Virus record (IMG/VR): IMGVR_UViG_3300032053_000019
Location: 1-64,000 of that record
Source: a virus
DNA length: 64,000 nt
Strand: one strand, 5' to 3'
Part shown: positions 54,753 through 64,000 of the stretch, piece by piece
Layout of the letters: every line of letters starts with the position of its first letter
Numbering within the stretch: position 1 is the stretch's first letter
Made by a program: the position numbers and the translations under genes
The notes under the pieces: generated by a model
Databases searched by the model: none
The model's input: the letters and a program-made list of their open reading frames with translations, nothing else
Told to the model about the DNA's origin: nothing

Positions 54753-57336
54753 TAATACCAACGTCTTTTTCGATTCCGAGGAGATGCTGAGTCCTCGTGA
54801 GATAAAGGACGAGTTTGGACTTGCTATCTCTAGAAATCGGAAGTACGAGTATAGGTTGTATTCCCTGGAGGAAGTCAAACAAATGCTGACTGAGCAGGCG
54901 TTGCATCCGGTCCAGAAAACGTCGCGCACTCGGTCGGCGACCAATGGGATGGATCCCTGTTTGAAGTGTCCTCTGTACCAAGGCCCTGAGAAGATGGTAA
55001 AGGCAACTGCCAACATTGAAACTGCAAGTGTTTTGTTTGTCGGTGAGGCGCCTGGTGAGGAGGAGGTCAAGCAGGGCACTCCGTTTGTTGGTCCGGCTGG
55101 TCGGCGTCTTCGTTGGTTCATTACTGAGGCGGGGTTGATTGAGGAGGAGTGTGCCTTTGTCAATACCTGTCGGTGCCGGCCTCCAGTCAAGGATCGGCCC
55201 TACGAGGCAGTGGAGTCGAACCGTCGGCCAGAACCTATTGAAGTTGCCCATTGCTCCCGGTATCTTGAGGATGATCTACAGCGGTTCAAGGGAAAGTTGA
55301 TCGTGTTGCTTGGTAATACTCCACTTGATGCTATACTGGGAAGGTGGAGAGTGGGCACCGCCCACGGTTATGGTTTCTTAAAGGAAGGTCGTCGTTATTA
55401 TGTTATGTATCATCCTTCCTATATCATGCGTGCTAAGCCACCGTTTGCTTTAGATCCCATGTATCATGAGGAGATGCGGAAGATAAAAGTATTCCTTGAA
55501 TCTGATCACAAGATCCCTTATAATATAGTTGATAATTGTGATAAGACAGAAACGATGGTCCAGTCAATTCTGTACGAGGCGGAGCAACGAGATGAGGGAG
55601 CAGTTGTGAATTTCGATATTGAGTCATCGGGATTCGACCCACTTGCTGAAGGGGCTCAGGTGGTGTCGATGTCCTTTACTCTTCGTGATGGTCCGACTTG
55701 GTGGGTGCCAATGAATCATCGCGAGAGTCCCAATCTTGATCATCATGTCGAGATTGCGGAGATAGTTAAGCCACTATTCACTGATCCTAGAGTCAAGATG
55801 GTGGCTCAGAACGCTAAGTTCGACTTAAAGTTCATGCAGGCCATCTATGGGGTTAGATCAACAAACCTTTGGTTGGATACTCAACTAGCTGTCTTCCTGT
55901 TAGAGGGAAAGTATAGTCCTCAGGGCTTGCACCAGTGCGCGTGGAAGTTCACGGACTATGGTGGATGGGATATTGATGCTAGTAACTTTGTTGAGGAAAG
56001 TTTGGCGAAGATTGCTGACTATAATACGATGGATACTTTTGTCGGCGATGCTTTGGCGAAGGTATATGAGGCGAAGTTATCCCCCACTGCCTTTGAGTTC
56101 CTCATTACAATCCTGACGAAGGCGGTCTATACTCTCATTGAGATGGAGTTGGAGGGAGTGACCCTGGATCTCAAGGTACTTGAGGAAACCTATAAGAAAT
56201 ACAACGAAGAGGCGTGCACCCTATTTAATAAGTTAGCCTCCTACGAAGAGGTGAAGGTGGTTGCCCAGAAACTTCAGAGGGATGTAAACTTTAATTCAAG
56301 TCCCCATCTTCGTGCCATCCTGGAGGAGTTGAAACTTGTTCCAGAAAAGAAAACCAAAAAGACACACGCAGTGTCAGTGGATGAGGAGGCGTTGGAAACA
56401 ATCAAGGGGAAGCACCCCTTCGTAACCGACCTGTTAAAGTACCGAACGACAGCAAAGATCCTTGGTACCTATCTCATGCCTTATACCGAACGTAATACTG
56501 CTGGTGTGGTTCGTGGTGAGTATATGCTGACCAGGACGGCAACCGGTCGTCCCGCCTGCCAAAAGCCAAACTTCCAGAACATACCGAAAGAGATCCGTCC
56601 GGTGTTTCGATCAAAGAGGGGATTGTTTGTTGAGGTTGACTATTCCCAAATGGAACTTCGAGTGTTGGCCATGTACTCGCATGATCAGGCCTTGATTGAT
56701 GCCTTTCATACGGGGGAGGATATTCACGAGGTGACTCGGATGGCGATCTTCGGTCCGAATGATCATCTGTCTGAGTTGGCGCAAGCAAAGCAGAGGGTTG
56801 AGGCAAAGAGTGTAAACTTCGGAATAGTTTATGGTGAGTCTGCACATGGTCTGTCTAAGCAGTTAAAGATATCAATGCGGGAAGCGGACAAAAAGATTGA
56901 GGCCTTCTATACCAAGTATACCGGAGTCAAGGGATACGTTGACACGATACGGAAGCAGATTCGTAACCGGGGATATGTTGAAACCTTTTTCGGAAGGCGT
57001 AGATACTTTGCCATTGAGAATGCCCGTGAGCAGTCTGATTGGGAAGCACTTTTTCGTGAGGGGGTTAATGCACCCATTCAAGGCACCGCCAGTGATCTGG
57101 TATTAGATGCGGCGAGTCGTGTATGGATGCTCATGAGAAAGCGGGATATGGAGTCTCGTATGGTCATGAATGTTCATGACATGATTCTTTTTGACTGCCC
57201 AGAGAATGAAGTTCCTGAGATGCTACTTATGATCTATGATCAGATGGAGAAGTTTGACTATTCATGGATCAATGTTCCGATCAAAGTTGACGTAGCCATC
57301 GGGACAAACTGGGGAGCATTGGCGGTAATTGAATAG
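54736..57336 (+). CDS. polA: Family A DNA polymerase with N-terminal family-4 uracil-DNA glycosylase and 3'-5' exonuclease domains
   Basis: C..C, GEAPG, PFVG.AG, CRPP, HPS (UDG); DIES, NAKFD (exonuclease); DYSQMELR, K..NFG..YG, HD (polymerase). Confidence 0.92.
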   Translation: MTIKRSNTNVFFDSEEMLSPREIKDEFGLAISRNRKYEYRLYSLEEVKQMLTEQALHPVQKTSRTRSATNGMDPCLKCPLYQGPEKMVKATANIETASVLFVGEAPGEEEVKQGTPFVGPAGRRLRWFITEAGLIEEECAFVNTCRCRPPVKDRPYEAVESNRRPEPIEVAHCSRYLEDDLQRFKGKLIVLLGNTPLDAILGRWRVGTAHGYGFLKEGRRYYVMYHPSYIMRAKPPFALDPMYHEEMRKIKVFLESDHKIPYNIVDNCDKTETMVQSILYEAEQRDEGAVVNFDIESSGFDPLAEGAQVVSMSFTLRDGPTWWVPMNHRESPNLDHHVEIAEIVKPLFTDPRVKMVAQNAKFDLKFMQAIYGVRSTNLWLDTQLAVFLLEGKYSPQGLHQCAWKFTDYGGWDIDASNFVEESLAKIADYNTMDTFVGDALAKVYEAKLSPTAFEFLITILTKAVYTLIEMELEGVTLDLKVLEETYKKYNEEACTLFNKLASYEEVKVVAQKLQRDVNFNSSPHLRAILEELKLVPEKKTKKTHAVSVDEEALETIKGKHPFVTDLLKYRTTAKILGTYLMPYTERNTAGVVRGEYMLTRTATGRPACQKPNFQNIPKEIRPVFRSKRGLFVEVDYSQMELRVLAMYSHDQALIDAFHTGEDIHEVTRMAIFGPNDHLSELAQAKQRVEAKSVNFGIVYGESAHGLSKQLKISMREADKKIEAFYTKYTGVKGYVDTIRKQIRNRGYVETFFGRRRYFAIENAREQSDWEALFREGVNAPIQGTASDLVLDAASRVWMLMRKRDMESRMVMNVHDMILFDCPENEVPEMLLMIYDQMEKFDYSWINVPIKVDVAIGTNWGALAVIE

Positions 57337-57345
57337 GAGGAAAGT

Positions 57346-57648
57346 ATGCACATCAAGGCAAGTCAGATCAGGCAACTGGCGGTCTCACTGGACAAGGAGA
57401 TCTCGATGAAGGTGATCTTCCCTGCGGCCTACCGGTGGGAGAAGTTGACGGAAGAGCGGGTGCGCTTCAAGGCACACTCGTTCGCTGGTAACGAGTTCGG
57501 TATTGATGTCTACGACGGCAACGATCTCGTCGGAGTCTGGAGGCCGGGCAAAGGTGATGAGCAAGAGTTCATTGGCGGTGACTTTATGTACCAAGTCATC
57601 GGTAATACGAAGACAGCATCGCTATCCGTTTATCGGTGCAAGGAGTAA
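57346..57648 (+). CDS. Hypothetical protein
   Basis: AGGAGG RBS. Confidence 0.55.
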   Translation: MHIKASQIRQLAVSLDKEISMKVIFPAAYRWEKLTEERVRFKAHSFAGNEFGIDVYDGNDLVGVWRPGKGDEQEFIGGDFMYQVIGNTKTASLSVYRCKE

Positions 57649-57651
57649 AGC

Positions 57652-58119
57652 ATGGATAAAGAATTTTTCCCGGTTGAGTTGGTAATCGGAGGCAAGGTTC
57701 ATGTACTCGACTATCGTAAGGAACTCAAGTGTAGTGAGGAAACAATTAATGATGATCTCAAAGACCAGCCAAGTTACTTCGCTTGGTATGCCGTCCTTTC
57801 TGAGGTCGCCCAGGCCGAGCTTGCTGAGGCTAAAACTACGCTTGAACTTGCTGAGGCATCGTTGGATGAGCAGATCCGCACCGAAGGCAAGGATGGAAAG
57901 ATGACCGAGACGATGGTCAAGAACAGGATTCGATTGGATCCTACCTATCAAGCGGCCCAGGACAACTATAGCATCCTTCGGAAGAACGTGGGCATCTTGG
58001 GTGCAATCAAGGAATCCTTTTATCATCGTAAGGACGTCCTTATCTCGTTGGCTTCAAATATGCGGGTGCAGGCAGACCCGTCTATTTATATAAAGAAGCA
58101 AGAATTAGCCAAACCTTAA
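57652..58119 (+). CDS. UvsY-like recombination mediator
   Basis: Helical coiled-coil protein upstream of SSB and RecA. Confidence 0.55.
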   Translation: MDKEFFPVELVIGGKVHVLDYRKELKCSEETINDDLKDQPSYFAWYAVLSEVAQAELAEAKTTLELAEASLDEQIRTEGKDGKMTETMVKNRIRLDPTYQAAQDNYSILRKNVGILGAIKESFYHRKDVLISLASNMRVQADPSIYIKKQELAKP

Positions 58120-58133
58120 AGGAGGTACAAACA

Positions 58134-59264
58134 ATGGCAAAACTTTTTGGTGAGACTGAGACCGAATCAGCTCAACGCGTGGTTGACCAGGAGAAAAAGC
58201 GCTCTCAGGGCTTTGACTGGTCAGAGAAGCACTGGAGACCCAAGAGTGGGCCCGATGGAAACCAGATCCGACTCCTCCCCGCCCGGGCAGGAGCGAAGGT
58301 TTCCTATCACCTGTACGCGGCTGTGCACTTCATCAAGCACGCCGAGGATGACAAGACCGAGCGGTTCGTCTGTAACCGGGAGACCTACGGGACAAAGTGT
58401 CCTGCCTGCGAAGAAATGTTCCGTCTGATCAAACTGAAACAGCCGGACGAGGCCAACAAGTTCCGGCCGAAGAGGTTTGGTGTCTTCAACATGATTGACC
58501 GGGCGAAGCCGGAGGATGGTGTCAAGTTATACGAGGCACCGGTGCAGGGCATCTATCAAAAGATTATGCAGATCATCTCGTCCAAGGGTCGCATGTCAAA
58601 CCTGTTCGATAAGTTTGACAAGTCGGGCAAACTTGAAACCCCTGGTCGGGATCTTGTGCTGACCTTCGACAAGACCGCCCAACCGCAGGCCATGTACAAC
58701 ATTTATCCTACCGACCCCATTCCGTTGGGCACTGAGGAAGAGATGACCGCCTGGGCTGAGCAGATCGTCGACCTGGATGTGAAGGCATTATATCCGGAGG
58801 CGGACTTCGATCTGGCGGCGATCAAGACATTCGGTAATGCGGAGGAGAGAGATCTTCTTCGTGATGAGATGAGGAAGCAACGCGAGGCTGAGGCACCTGC
58901 CGAAGAGGCGGTTGCTGAGGAACAAGCGGTTGCCGAAGAGACTCCTGCTGAAGAGACTCCTGTTGAGGTTGAGGTTGAGGATACGGACGACACCATGGCC
59001 AAACTTGAGGCCCAGATGAAGGAACTTCAAGAACGAAAGGCCACCGCCGCCAAGCAGGCAAAGGAAGAGGCGGAGAAAAAGGCGAAGGTTGAGAAGCCCA
59101 AGGAAGAGGCACCCAAGCCTAAACCTGCGGCTCCCAAACCCGCCCCGGTAGCCACCACGAAGGCTCCTACGGAGAAGGCAACTAGTGCCCCTCCGCCGCA
59201 GGAAAAGCTGGACGATATCCGAAAGAAGATCGAGGCCGCCAAGGCTCGATTGGGCAAGAAGTAA
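58134..59264 (+). CDS. gp32-like single-stranded DNA-binding protein
   Basis: IRLLP, H...C...CPAC, GRD; acidic and Pro/Lys-rich tail. Confidence 0.75.
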   Translation: MAKLFGETETESAQRVVDQEKKRSQGFDWSEKHWRPKSGPDGNQIRLLPARAGAKVSYHLYAAVHFIKHAEDDKTERFVCNRETYGTKCPACEEMFRLIKLKQPDEANKFRPKRFGVFNMIDRAKPEDGVKLYEAPVQGIYQKIMQIISSKGRMSNLFDKFDKSGKLETPGRDLVLTFDKTAQPQAMYNIYPTDPIPLGTEEEMTAWAEQIVDLDVKALYPEADFDLAAIKTFGNAEERDLLRDEMRKQREAEAPAEEAVAEEQAVAEETPAEETPVEVEVEDTDDTMAKLEAQMKELQERKATAAKQAKEEAEKKAKVEKPKEEAPKPKPAAPKPAPVATTKAPTEKATSAPPPQEKLDDIRKKIEAAKARLGKK

Positions 59265-59377
59265 TGTATAAGGGTCGTGGTGTAGAGTCGTCCCGAACAC
59301 GGCTGTTGTGCCCCTCCACTGGCCTTCAGCAGACGCAGGCGAGCGCCCCTGCCGACCCTTTCTTTTAAGGAGAAAGT

Positions 59378-60331
59378 ATGACTAAGACAGGCGACCTTCA
59401 TAACAAACTGGGGACGATTAATCTGGCCGATCGCATAAGTGAGTTGGTAAAGTTTAGAGTGCCCACCGGCATTCTGGCAATCGACCGCGTTATCGGAGGC
59501 GGTATCCCCGCAGGAAAGTTGACTGAACTTTTCGGCGACTTCAATACTGGGAAGAGTCGAGTTGCCTGTCATGTCATGGCTGAAACCCAGCGACTAGGTG
59601 GTCGAGCTATGTTTGTTGATACAGAGAGATCGCTTGATCAAGGACTGGTCAATCTAACTGGACTGAAGTTGGACGATACCTTCTTTTACCCAGATCCTGA
59701 TACCGAACTAAAGTCAATTGAGGATGTCTTTAAGGTCATTGAGAATGGTATAAAACTTTTTCGTGCGGATAGTCCTGATCAACTCTTGACCATTGTTTGG
59801 GATTCAGTTGCCGCCACTCCAGGTATGGAGGATCTTGAAAATGAACTGGGCGCTCCTGTAGCCGCCATGCGTCGAGCGAAAGTTATCTCCGATGGACTTA
59901 AGAAGATTATGTCGCAAGTTTATACAAGTAAGATTTGTCTAATCTTCATTAACCAGATCCGAGATAAGATGAATGTAATGTATGGTGAGAAGTATGAGAC
60001 GGTGGGGGGTAAATCCATAAAGTTTACTGCAACCATGCGTTTACATGTTCATCTTTCTGGAGCGATTCCAAATGCTACAACAAAGGAAATTGATGGATAC
60101 AAAGGACGATTCGTGGTTGAGAAGTCCAAAGTCTGCCGACCCTTCGGGGTGGTGAACTTTGAGATGCTAACTGACAAACCGATTGACACCTACTCAGGAT
60201 TGCTTGATTACATGGTCAGACATGGTGAGTTGGAAAGTATTGCCGGCTGGTACAAGTTTCCTGAACAGACTAAGAAGTTTCGGAGTGAGGACTTTCCTAA
60301 GAATTACGAAGAGTTCGTGGGCAAGAAATGA
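59378..60331 (+). CDS. recA: RecA/UvsX recombinase
   Basis: PTG...D..IGGGIP.G, GDFNTGKS, DTE, WDSVA, FINQ.R, GG. Confidence 0.9.
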   Translation: MTKTGDLHNKLGTINLADRISELVKFRVPTGILAIDRVIGGGIPAGKLTELFGDFNTGKSRVACHVMAETQRLGGRAMFVDTERSLDQGLVNLTGLKLDDTFFYPDPDTELKSIEDVFKVIENGIKLFRADSPDQLLTIVWDSVAATPGMEDLENELGAPVAAMRRAKVISDGLKKIMSQVYTSKICLIFINQIRDKMNVMYGEKYETVGGKSIKFTATMRLHVHLSGAIPNATTKEIDGYKGRFVVEKSKVCRPFGVVNFEMLTDKPIDTYSGLLDYMVRHGELESIAGWYKFPEQTKKFRSEDFPKNYEEFVGKK

Positions 60332-60594
60332 ATAAGTGCATACTCTTGAAAATGTATCTGCGTCGTAGTGATCGTACTTTGGTCAGTCAGCTTGTCTATC
60401 AACTCTCAGGTCAGCGGCCGAAAGGTTTTGTGGTGGCAGGGGATAGTGCATTTCTCAGAACTCATGTGGTTCGGATGAAGGCACATAGTGGTGATGAGTT
60501 TGCGGTGACTGATGCCGATATCGGAGAGTCCTATAAAGGCGTGCCTGTCTTTTCCTCCTCCGACTTGAGGAAGGTAGGAGAGTTATGCCAATAA
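60328..60594 (+). CDS. Hypothetical protein
   Basis: Coupled ORF. Confidence 0.45.
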   Translation: MNKCILLKMYLRRSDRTLVSQLVYQLSGQRPKGFVVAGDSAFLRTHVVRMKAHSGDEFAVTDADIGESYKGVPVFSSSDLRKVGELCQ

Positions 60595-60716
60595 TGATCT
60601 GTGACGAGTGCGGAAAAAAGACTCGTAAACCAAAACTCCGAAAGGGCCGTGTTTACTGTCCAAGATGCTTTAGGGCTTTTCTAAAAAGATTTGTCGAGAT
60701 GATTCGGAGAGCATGA
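60585..60716 (+). CDS. Small zinc-finger protein (43 aa)
   Basis: CDECG...YCPRC; AGGAG RBS. Confidence 0.5.
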   Translation: MPIMICDECGKKTRKPKLRKGRVYCPRCFRAFLKRFVEMIRRA

Positions 60717-61630
60717 TGGATACCATTACTTCACTGCTATTGATTGACGGAAACAATCTAGGCTGGATGGCATACGGGCGGTCCCCTCTATCCTATAAGG
60801 ATCAGCGAACTGAGGTGATCAAGATAGGTCTGATGATGTTACGGAACTACCTTGAACTTTTCAGTCCTGACCGACTAGTGGTGGTATGGGATGGTGGGCA
60901 TGATCAATCCCGTACTTCCATATATCCTGAGTATAAGAAGCGGGATAAGGAATTGACAGAGGCGGAGAAAAAGGAACGCGACCTTTTCTTTGATCAGTTG
61001 AACCGACTTAAGGATAGCATTACCAAGTTGGGAATTGATCAAGTTCGTGTACGAAGGCGGGAGGCAGATGATGTTATCTTTAGTCTACTGAATCCCGCAC
61101 TACGAAGTGAGGAGCAGGCCTTCATCATCTCGACGGACGAGGATATGTTTCAGTTGGTTGCTCACTATCCTGAGGTAGCTATCTACTCACCGATCAAGCA
61201 GATACTCTATACCAAGGAGGAGATCGAAACAAAACTAGGCTTCCCGGTTGGGTACTACCTTTATTATAAAGCCTTAGTTGGGGACTCCAGTGATAACCTT
61301 CCTGGAGTTTATGGTATTGGACCGAAGAAGGCAAAGGTTGTCATTGAGTATTTACAAAGCGGAGCCCCCACTGCCTGGGATGAGAAGCATAAAAAACTAA
61401 AGGAAACTTTGGATAGTCAATACGAAACTTATAAAAAGATGATTGATCTTATTGAGTTTCGTTCTATTCCGAAGGAGGAGATCGCTGAGGGAGTTACCCC
61501 TGGAACGGATGAGGATATCCTGACAAACATTTACGAGATCGCCAACCAGTATGGCTTTGATCGTGTGCTTGAAAATGTTGGAGGATTCATGGGTCCCTTC
61601 CTGGCCTTTCAGAATCGGAGAAAAGCATGA
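60713..61630 (+). CDS. 5'-3' exonuclease/flap endonuclease (T4 RNase H-like)
   Basis: LIDGNN, VWD, YPEYK, EADD, TDED, GDSSDNLPGV.GIG.K. Confidence 0.9.
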   Translation: MMDTITSLLLIDGNNLGWMAYGRSPLSYKDQRTEVIKIGLMMLRNYLELFSPDRLVVVWDGGHDQSRTSIYPEYKKRDKELTEAEKKERDLFFDQLNRLKDSITKLGIDQVRVRRREADDVIFSLLNPALRSEEQAFIISTDEDMFQLVAHYPEVAIYSPIKQILYTKEEIETKLGFPVGYYLYYKALVGDSSDNLPGVYGIGPKKAKVVIEYLQSGAPTAWDEKHKKLKETLDSQYETYKKMIDLIEFRSIPKEEIAEGVTPGTDEDILTNIYEIANQYGFDRVLENVGGFMGPFLAFQNRRKA

Positions 61631-62271
61631 AAGTCATCAAGCAAAGTTATGCCTTTATTGCTCCCCCCTGGGCCACCACTATTCTGAGACAGTTGGAAAC
61701 GATTGGTCGTACCTGCTATAAGTCAGAGGATAAGATTACTAATACCTCAGCAGAATTCTTCGTGACCAAGTTGATCAAGAATGGGCACACTTCCGTACTT
61801 GAGCACATTACGATCACGGTTCGGATCATCACCAATCGTGGCGTAACTCACGAGTTGGTGCGCCATCGCATCGCTTCCTACTCTCAGGAGTCCACTCGTT
61901 GGTGTGACTATGGTAAGGAAGGGGAAATTACCGTTATACTTCCTGTGTGGCTTGATGAAGATAAGGTTGGGACTGAAAGGTTGGCATGGGGAAGGGCAAT
62001 GTTGAACGCTGAGGCGGCATACTTTGAGATGAGGCGTTTGGGTTGGGGACCAGAGAAGGCTCGTGGTGTCCTTCCTAATGATCTCAAGACAGAGATTGTT
62101 ATGACTGCCAATCTGCGGGAGTGGCGATTGGTATTTGGTCAGAGATGCAGTGACCGAGCCCACCCTCAGATGAGAGCACTCATGCGAGATATGCTAACTG
62201 ACTTCAAGGCGATGTTTCCTATTGTCTTTGACGATCTCAATGAGAAAGGGGAAGTGGTATGCGAACCTTGA
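61627..62271 (+). CDS. thyX: Flavin-dependent thymidylate synthase
   Basis: GH.SVLEH, RHR.ASYSQESTR, AR.VLP, N.REW. Confidence 0.95.
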   Translation: MKVIKQSYAFIAPPWATTILRQLETIGRTCYKSEDKITNTSAEFFVTKLIKNGHTSVLEHITITVRIITNRGVTHELVRHRIASYSQESTRWCDYGKEGEITVILPVWLDEDKVGTERLAWGRAMLNAEAAYFEMRRLGWGPEKARGVLPNDLKTEIVMTANLREWRLVFGQRCSDRAHPQMRALMRDMLTDFKAMFPIVFDDLNEKGEVVCEP

Positions 62272-63278
62272 TCTTCTCCGATCTTCACGATCACAACTAC
62301 CAAGAGTTTTCGACAATCAACGAGGGGGTCAACTCCCGGTTGTTGGAGCATCTGCTATGCCTTGATCTGATTGCCGAGGATGCTTTGAAACTCAAGGTAG
62401 ACGTAATTGTTTTTGGTGGTGATATCTTTCATCTGAAAAACTTTGTGGACTCTCAAGTGATCAAACTTACCATGAAGAAGATGGAGGAACTTTCGGAGAT
62501 AGCCCCAATCGTGATCTGTCCAGGCAACCATGACTATCGTGGGTGGGGAAGTGATCCTATTCTTTTGGAAATACTGTCGGAGTTTTCAGGAAACATTTAT
62601 CTGCCTACTATCGGATGTCACAATGAGGTTACTGTGGCGGGTTGGACGATTAAGATTTTTCCCTTTACTCGGGACATTGATTCACTCAATGATCAATTGA
62701 AAACTCATGCCAGAACCTCAAAAACAATTGCCATCCTTCATCAAGATATGATAGGATCAATGTATGGAAAGTTCCTGGTGGAGAAGGGATTGTTTACAGA
62801 GTTACTGGCGGATAGATTTCCATTCTCTTTCGTAGGTCATTTCCACGATCAGAAGGCTATGCAACCCACTGTCTGGTCGATCGGATCGCCGCTAATGCTT
62901 TCGTATGGGGAGCAGGATCAAACCAAGGGCTGGTTATTTCTAGACACGGATGAAGGAGTGGTAAAGCCACTGGTAAATAATGTTTCACCAAGGTTCCGAA
63001 CGATTACCACCAGTGATGGTAGTGAGGTGGTCGCCTTAACTGATGAAGAGGCCTCCCGGGATTTCTTTCGGTTCATCATTCAGGGGTCAGTTGTGCCTGA
63101 TTTATCGCGAGTTCGATGGAAGAGAGTGAAGGTTGACTCAGTTTCGGACAAGAAAAAACGGACCTCAATAAGTTTTTCGGATTCAACTCTGGACTTGATA
63201 ACTAAATATGTCAAGTCACGGAATGTTGATCTTGATGAAGGTTTGCTAATTGAAACAGGAAGGCGGTACCTGGTATGA
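62259..63278 (+). CDS. Mre11/SbcD-like nuclease (gp47-like)
   Basis: SDLH, GGDIF, GNHD, GHFH, GSP. Confidence 0.85.
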   Translation: MRTLIFSDLHDHNYQEFSTINEGVNSRLLEHLLCLDLIAEDALKLKVDVIVFGGDIFHLKNFVDSQVIKLTMKKMEELSEIAPIVICPGNHDYRGWGSDPILLEILSEFSGNIYLPTIGCHNEVTVAGWTIKIFPFTRDIDSLNDQLKTHARTSKTIAILHQDMIGSMYGKFLVEKGLFTELLADRFPFSFVGHFHDQKAMQPTVWSIGSPLMLSYGEQDQTKGWLFLDTDEGVVKPLVNNVSPRFRTITTSDGSEVVALTDEEASRDFFRFIIQGSVVPDLSRVRWKRVKVDSVSDKKKRTSISFSDSTLDLITKYVKSRNVDLDEGLLIETGRRYLV

Positions 63279-64000
63279 GATTCCTTCAACTTCAAGCAAA
63301 AAACTTTATGAGTTTCAAGGCGTTTACGCTTAGTTTTCCTTCCAACGGTTTGGTATTTGTTGGAGGGGAGATTGAAGATGGGAAGATCAGTTCAAGCAAT
63401 GGAGCGGGCAAGTCGGCAGTCTTCGAGGCTCTGTGTTGGGGCCTTTATGGACAGACCCTTCGCAATACCGGTAAGGGGGATGTGGTCAATCGTTCAGTGG
63501 GAAAGGATTGTATGGTGGAGATCATCTTCGAGGATGATCATGGTGAGGCGTGCATGATCGCCCGTTATCGAAATGACAAGAAACTCCAGCACTCCCTTTT
63601 GTTTTATAAGGGGGACAAGGAACTTACATCGTCTGAGGCGAAGGAAACTCAGGTGATCATTGACTCCATACTCGGGATGAACTGGTTGGTGTTCTCAACG
63701 GCGGTCGTCTTTGGTGAGAAGGCCCAGCGGTTTACTGAGGCACGAGACTCCGAGAAGAAGCAAATCTTTGATGAGATCCTGATGCTTCAAAAGTATCAGG
63801 ATGCTCAAAAGCAAGTGCGTGAGGATCTTAGAAAATTGAAGGAGTCTTCCTCTGGCTATGATACCCAGCACAAGGCCGCTGAGGAAGGCTTGAAGGCGGT
63901 TAGTGAAACTCTGGCTAAACGTGAGGAAGAGTTAACTCAGTTGGATCTTCAAAAGGCAGAGGCGGAAGAGCACATCGGCTGGTTGAGGTCTGGTCTTGGT
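63275..64000 (+). CDS. Rad50/SbcC-like ATPase (gp46-like), truncated by the window end
   Basis: MRFLQLQAKNFMSF...SNGAGKSAVFEALCWGLYG, then a coiled coil. Confidence 0.85.
   Translation, partial: MRFLQLQAKNFMSFKAFTLSFPSNGLVFVGGEIEDGKISSSNGAGKSAVFEALCWGLYGQTLRNTGKGDVVNRSVGKDCMVEIIFEDDHGEACMIARYRNDKKLQHSLLFYKGDKELTSSEAKETQVIIDSILGMNWLVFSTAVVFGEKAQRFTEARDSEKKQIFDEILMLQKYQDAQKQVREDLRKLKESSSGYDTQHKAAEEGLKAVSETLAKREEELTQLDLQKAEAEEHIGWLRSGLG

Noticed and set aside
1-64000. Minus-strand ORFs from the six-frame track
   Set aside because: They overlap well-supported plus-strand genes and lack motifs; treated as shadow ORFs.
1-64000. tRNA genes, introns/inteins, stop-codon recoding, DGR, tail sheath, endolysin
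   Set aside because: None was recognised by eye. Conserved enzymes are full length under the standard code and no reverse transcriptase is present. tRNAscan and HMM searches were not run.

Overview
A 64-kb segment of a large tailed dsDNA phage, probably siphovirus-like: it has a tail tube, a frameshifted tail chaperone and a 1490-aa tape measure, and no sheath gene is visible. Essentially all genes are on the + strand. Gene order: glycosylation/modification genes (1-2.4 kb); virion, neck and tail genes (2.6-23.6 kb); an early/accessory region of small ORFs behind three near-identical sigma70 promoters (23.7-38.5 kb); then a replication/recombination operon (SF2 helicase, DnaB-like helicase, beta-clamp-like protein, UDG-PolA, UvsY-like, gp32-like SSB, RecA, 5'-3' exonuclease, ThyX, Mre11/Rad50) that contains a 7-deazaguanine DNA-modification cluster. 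Three highlights. (1) An IS110/TasR-like DEDD-RuvC protein (40426-41544) associated with nine stem-loop units that share a strict architecture: stem-Y[A/C]-N10-CR-10-nt hairpin-Y[A/C]-N10-CR-stem. Two units lie inside its own coding sequence, and one orphan unit has guide segments that match sites in this phage. This is a candidate multi-guide RNA-guided system. (2) A radical SAM/SPASM enzyme in the tail module next to a 30-Cys peptide, with a matching 30-Cys repeat fused to a tail protein: candidate RiPP-like modification of the virion. (3) A deazaguanine cluster with unusual extra enzymes (Gpt-FolE fusion, two SDRs, a non-canonical radical SAM, two QueC-like proteins). All annotations come from recognising motifs by eye; no database searches or folding programs were run.
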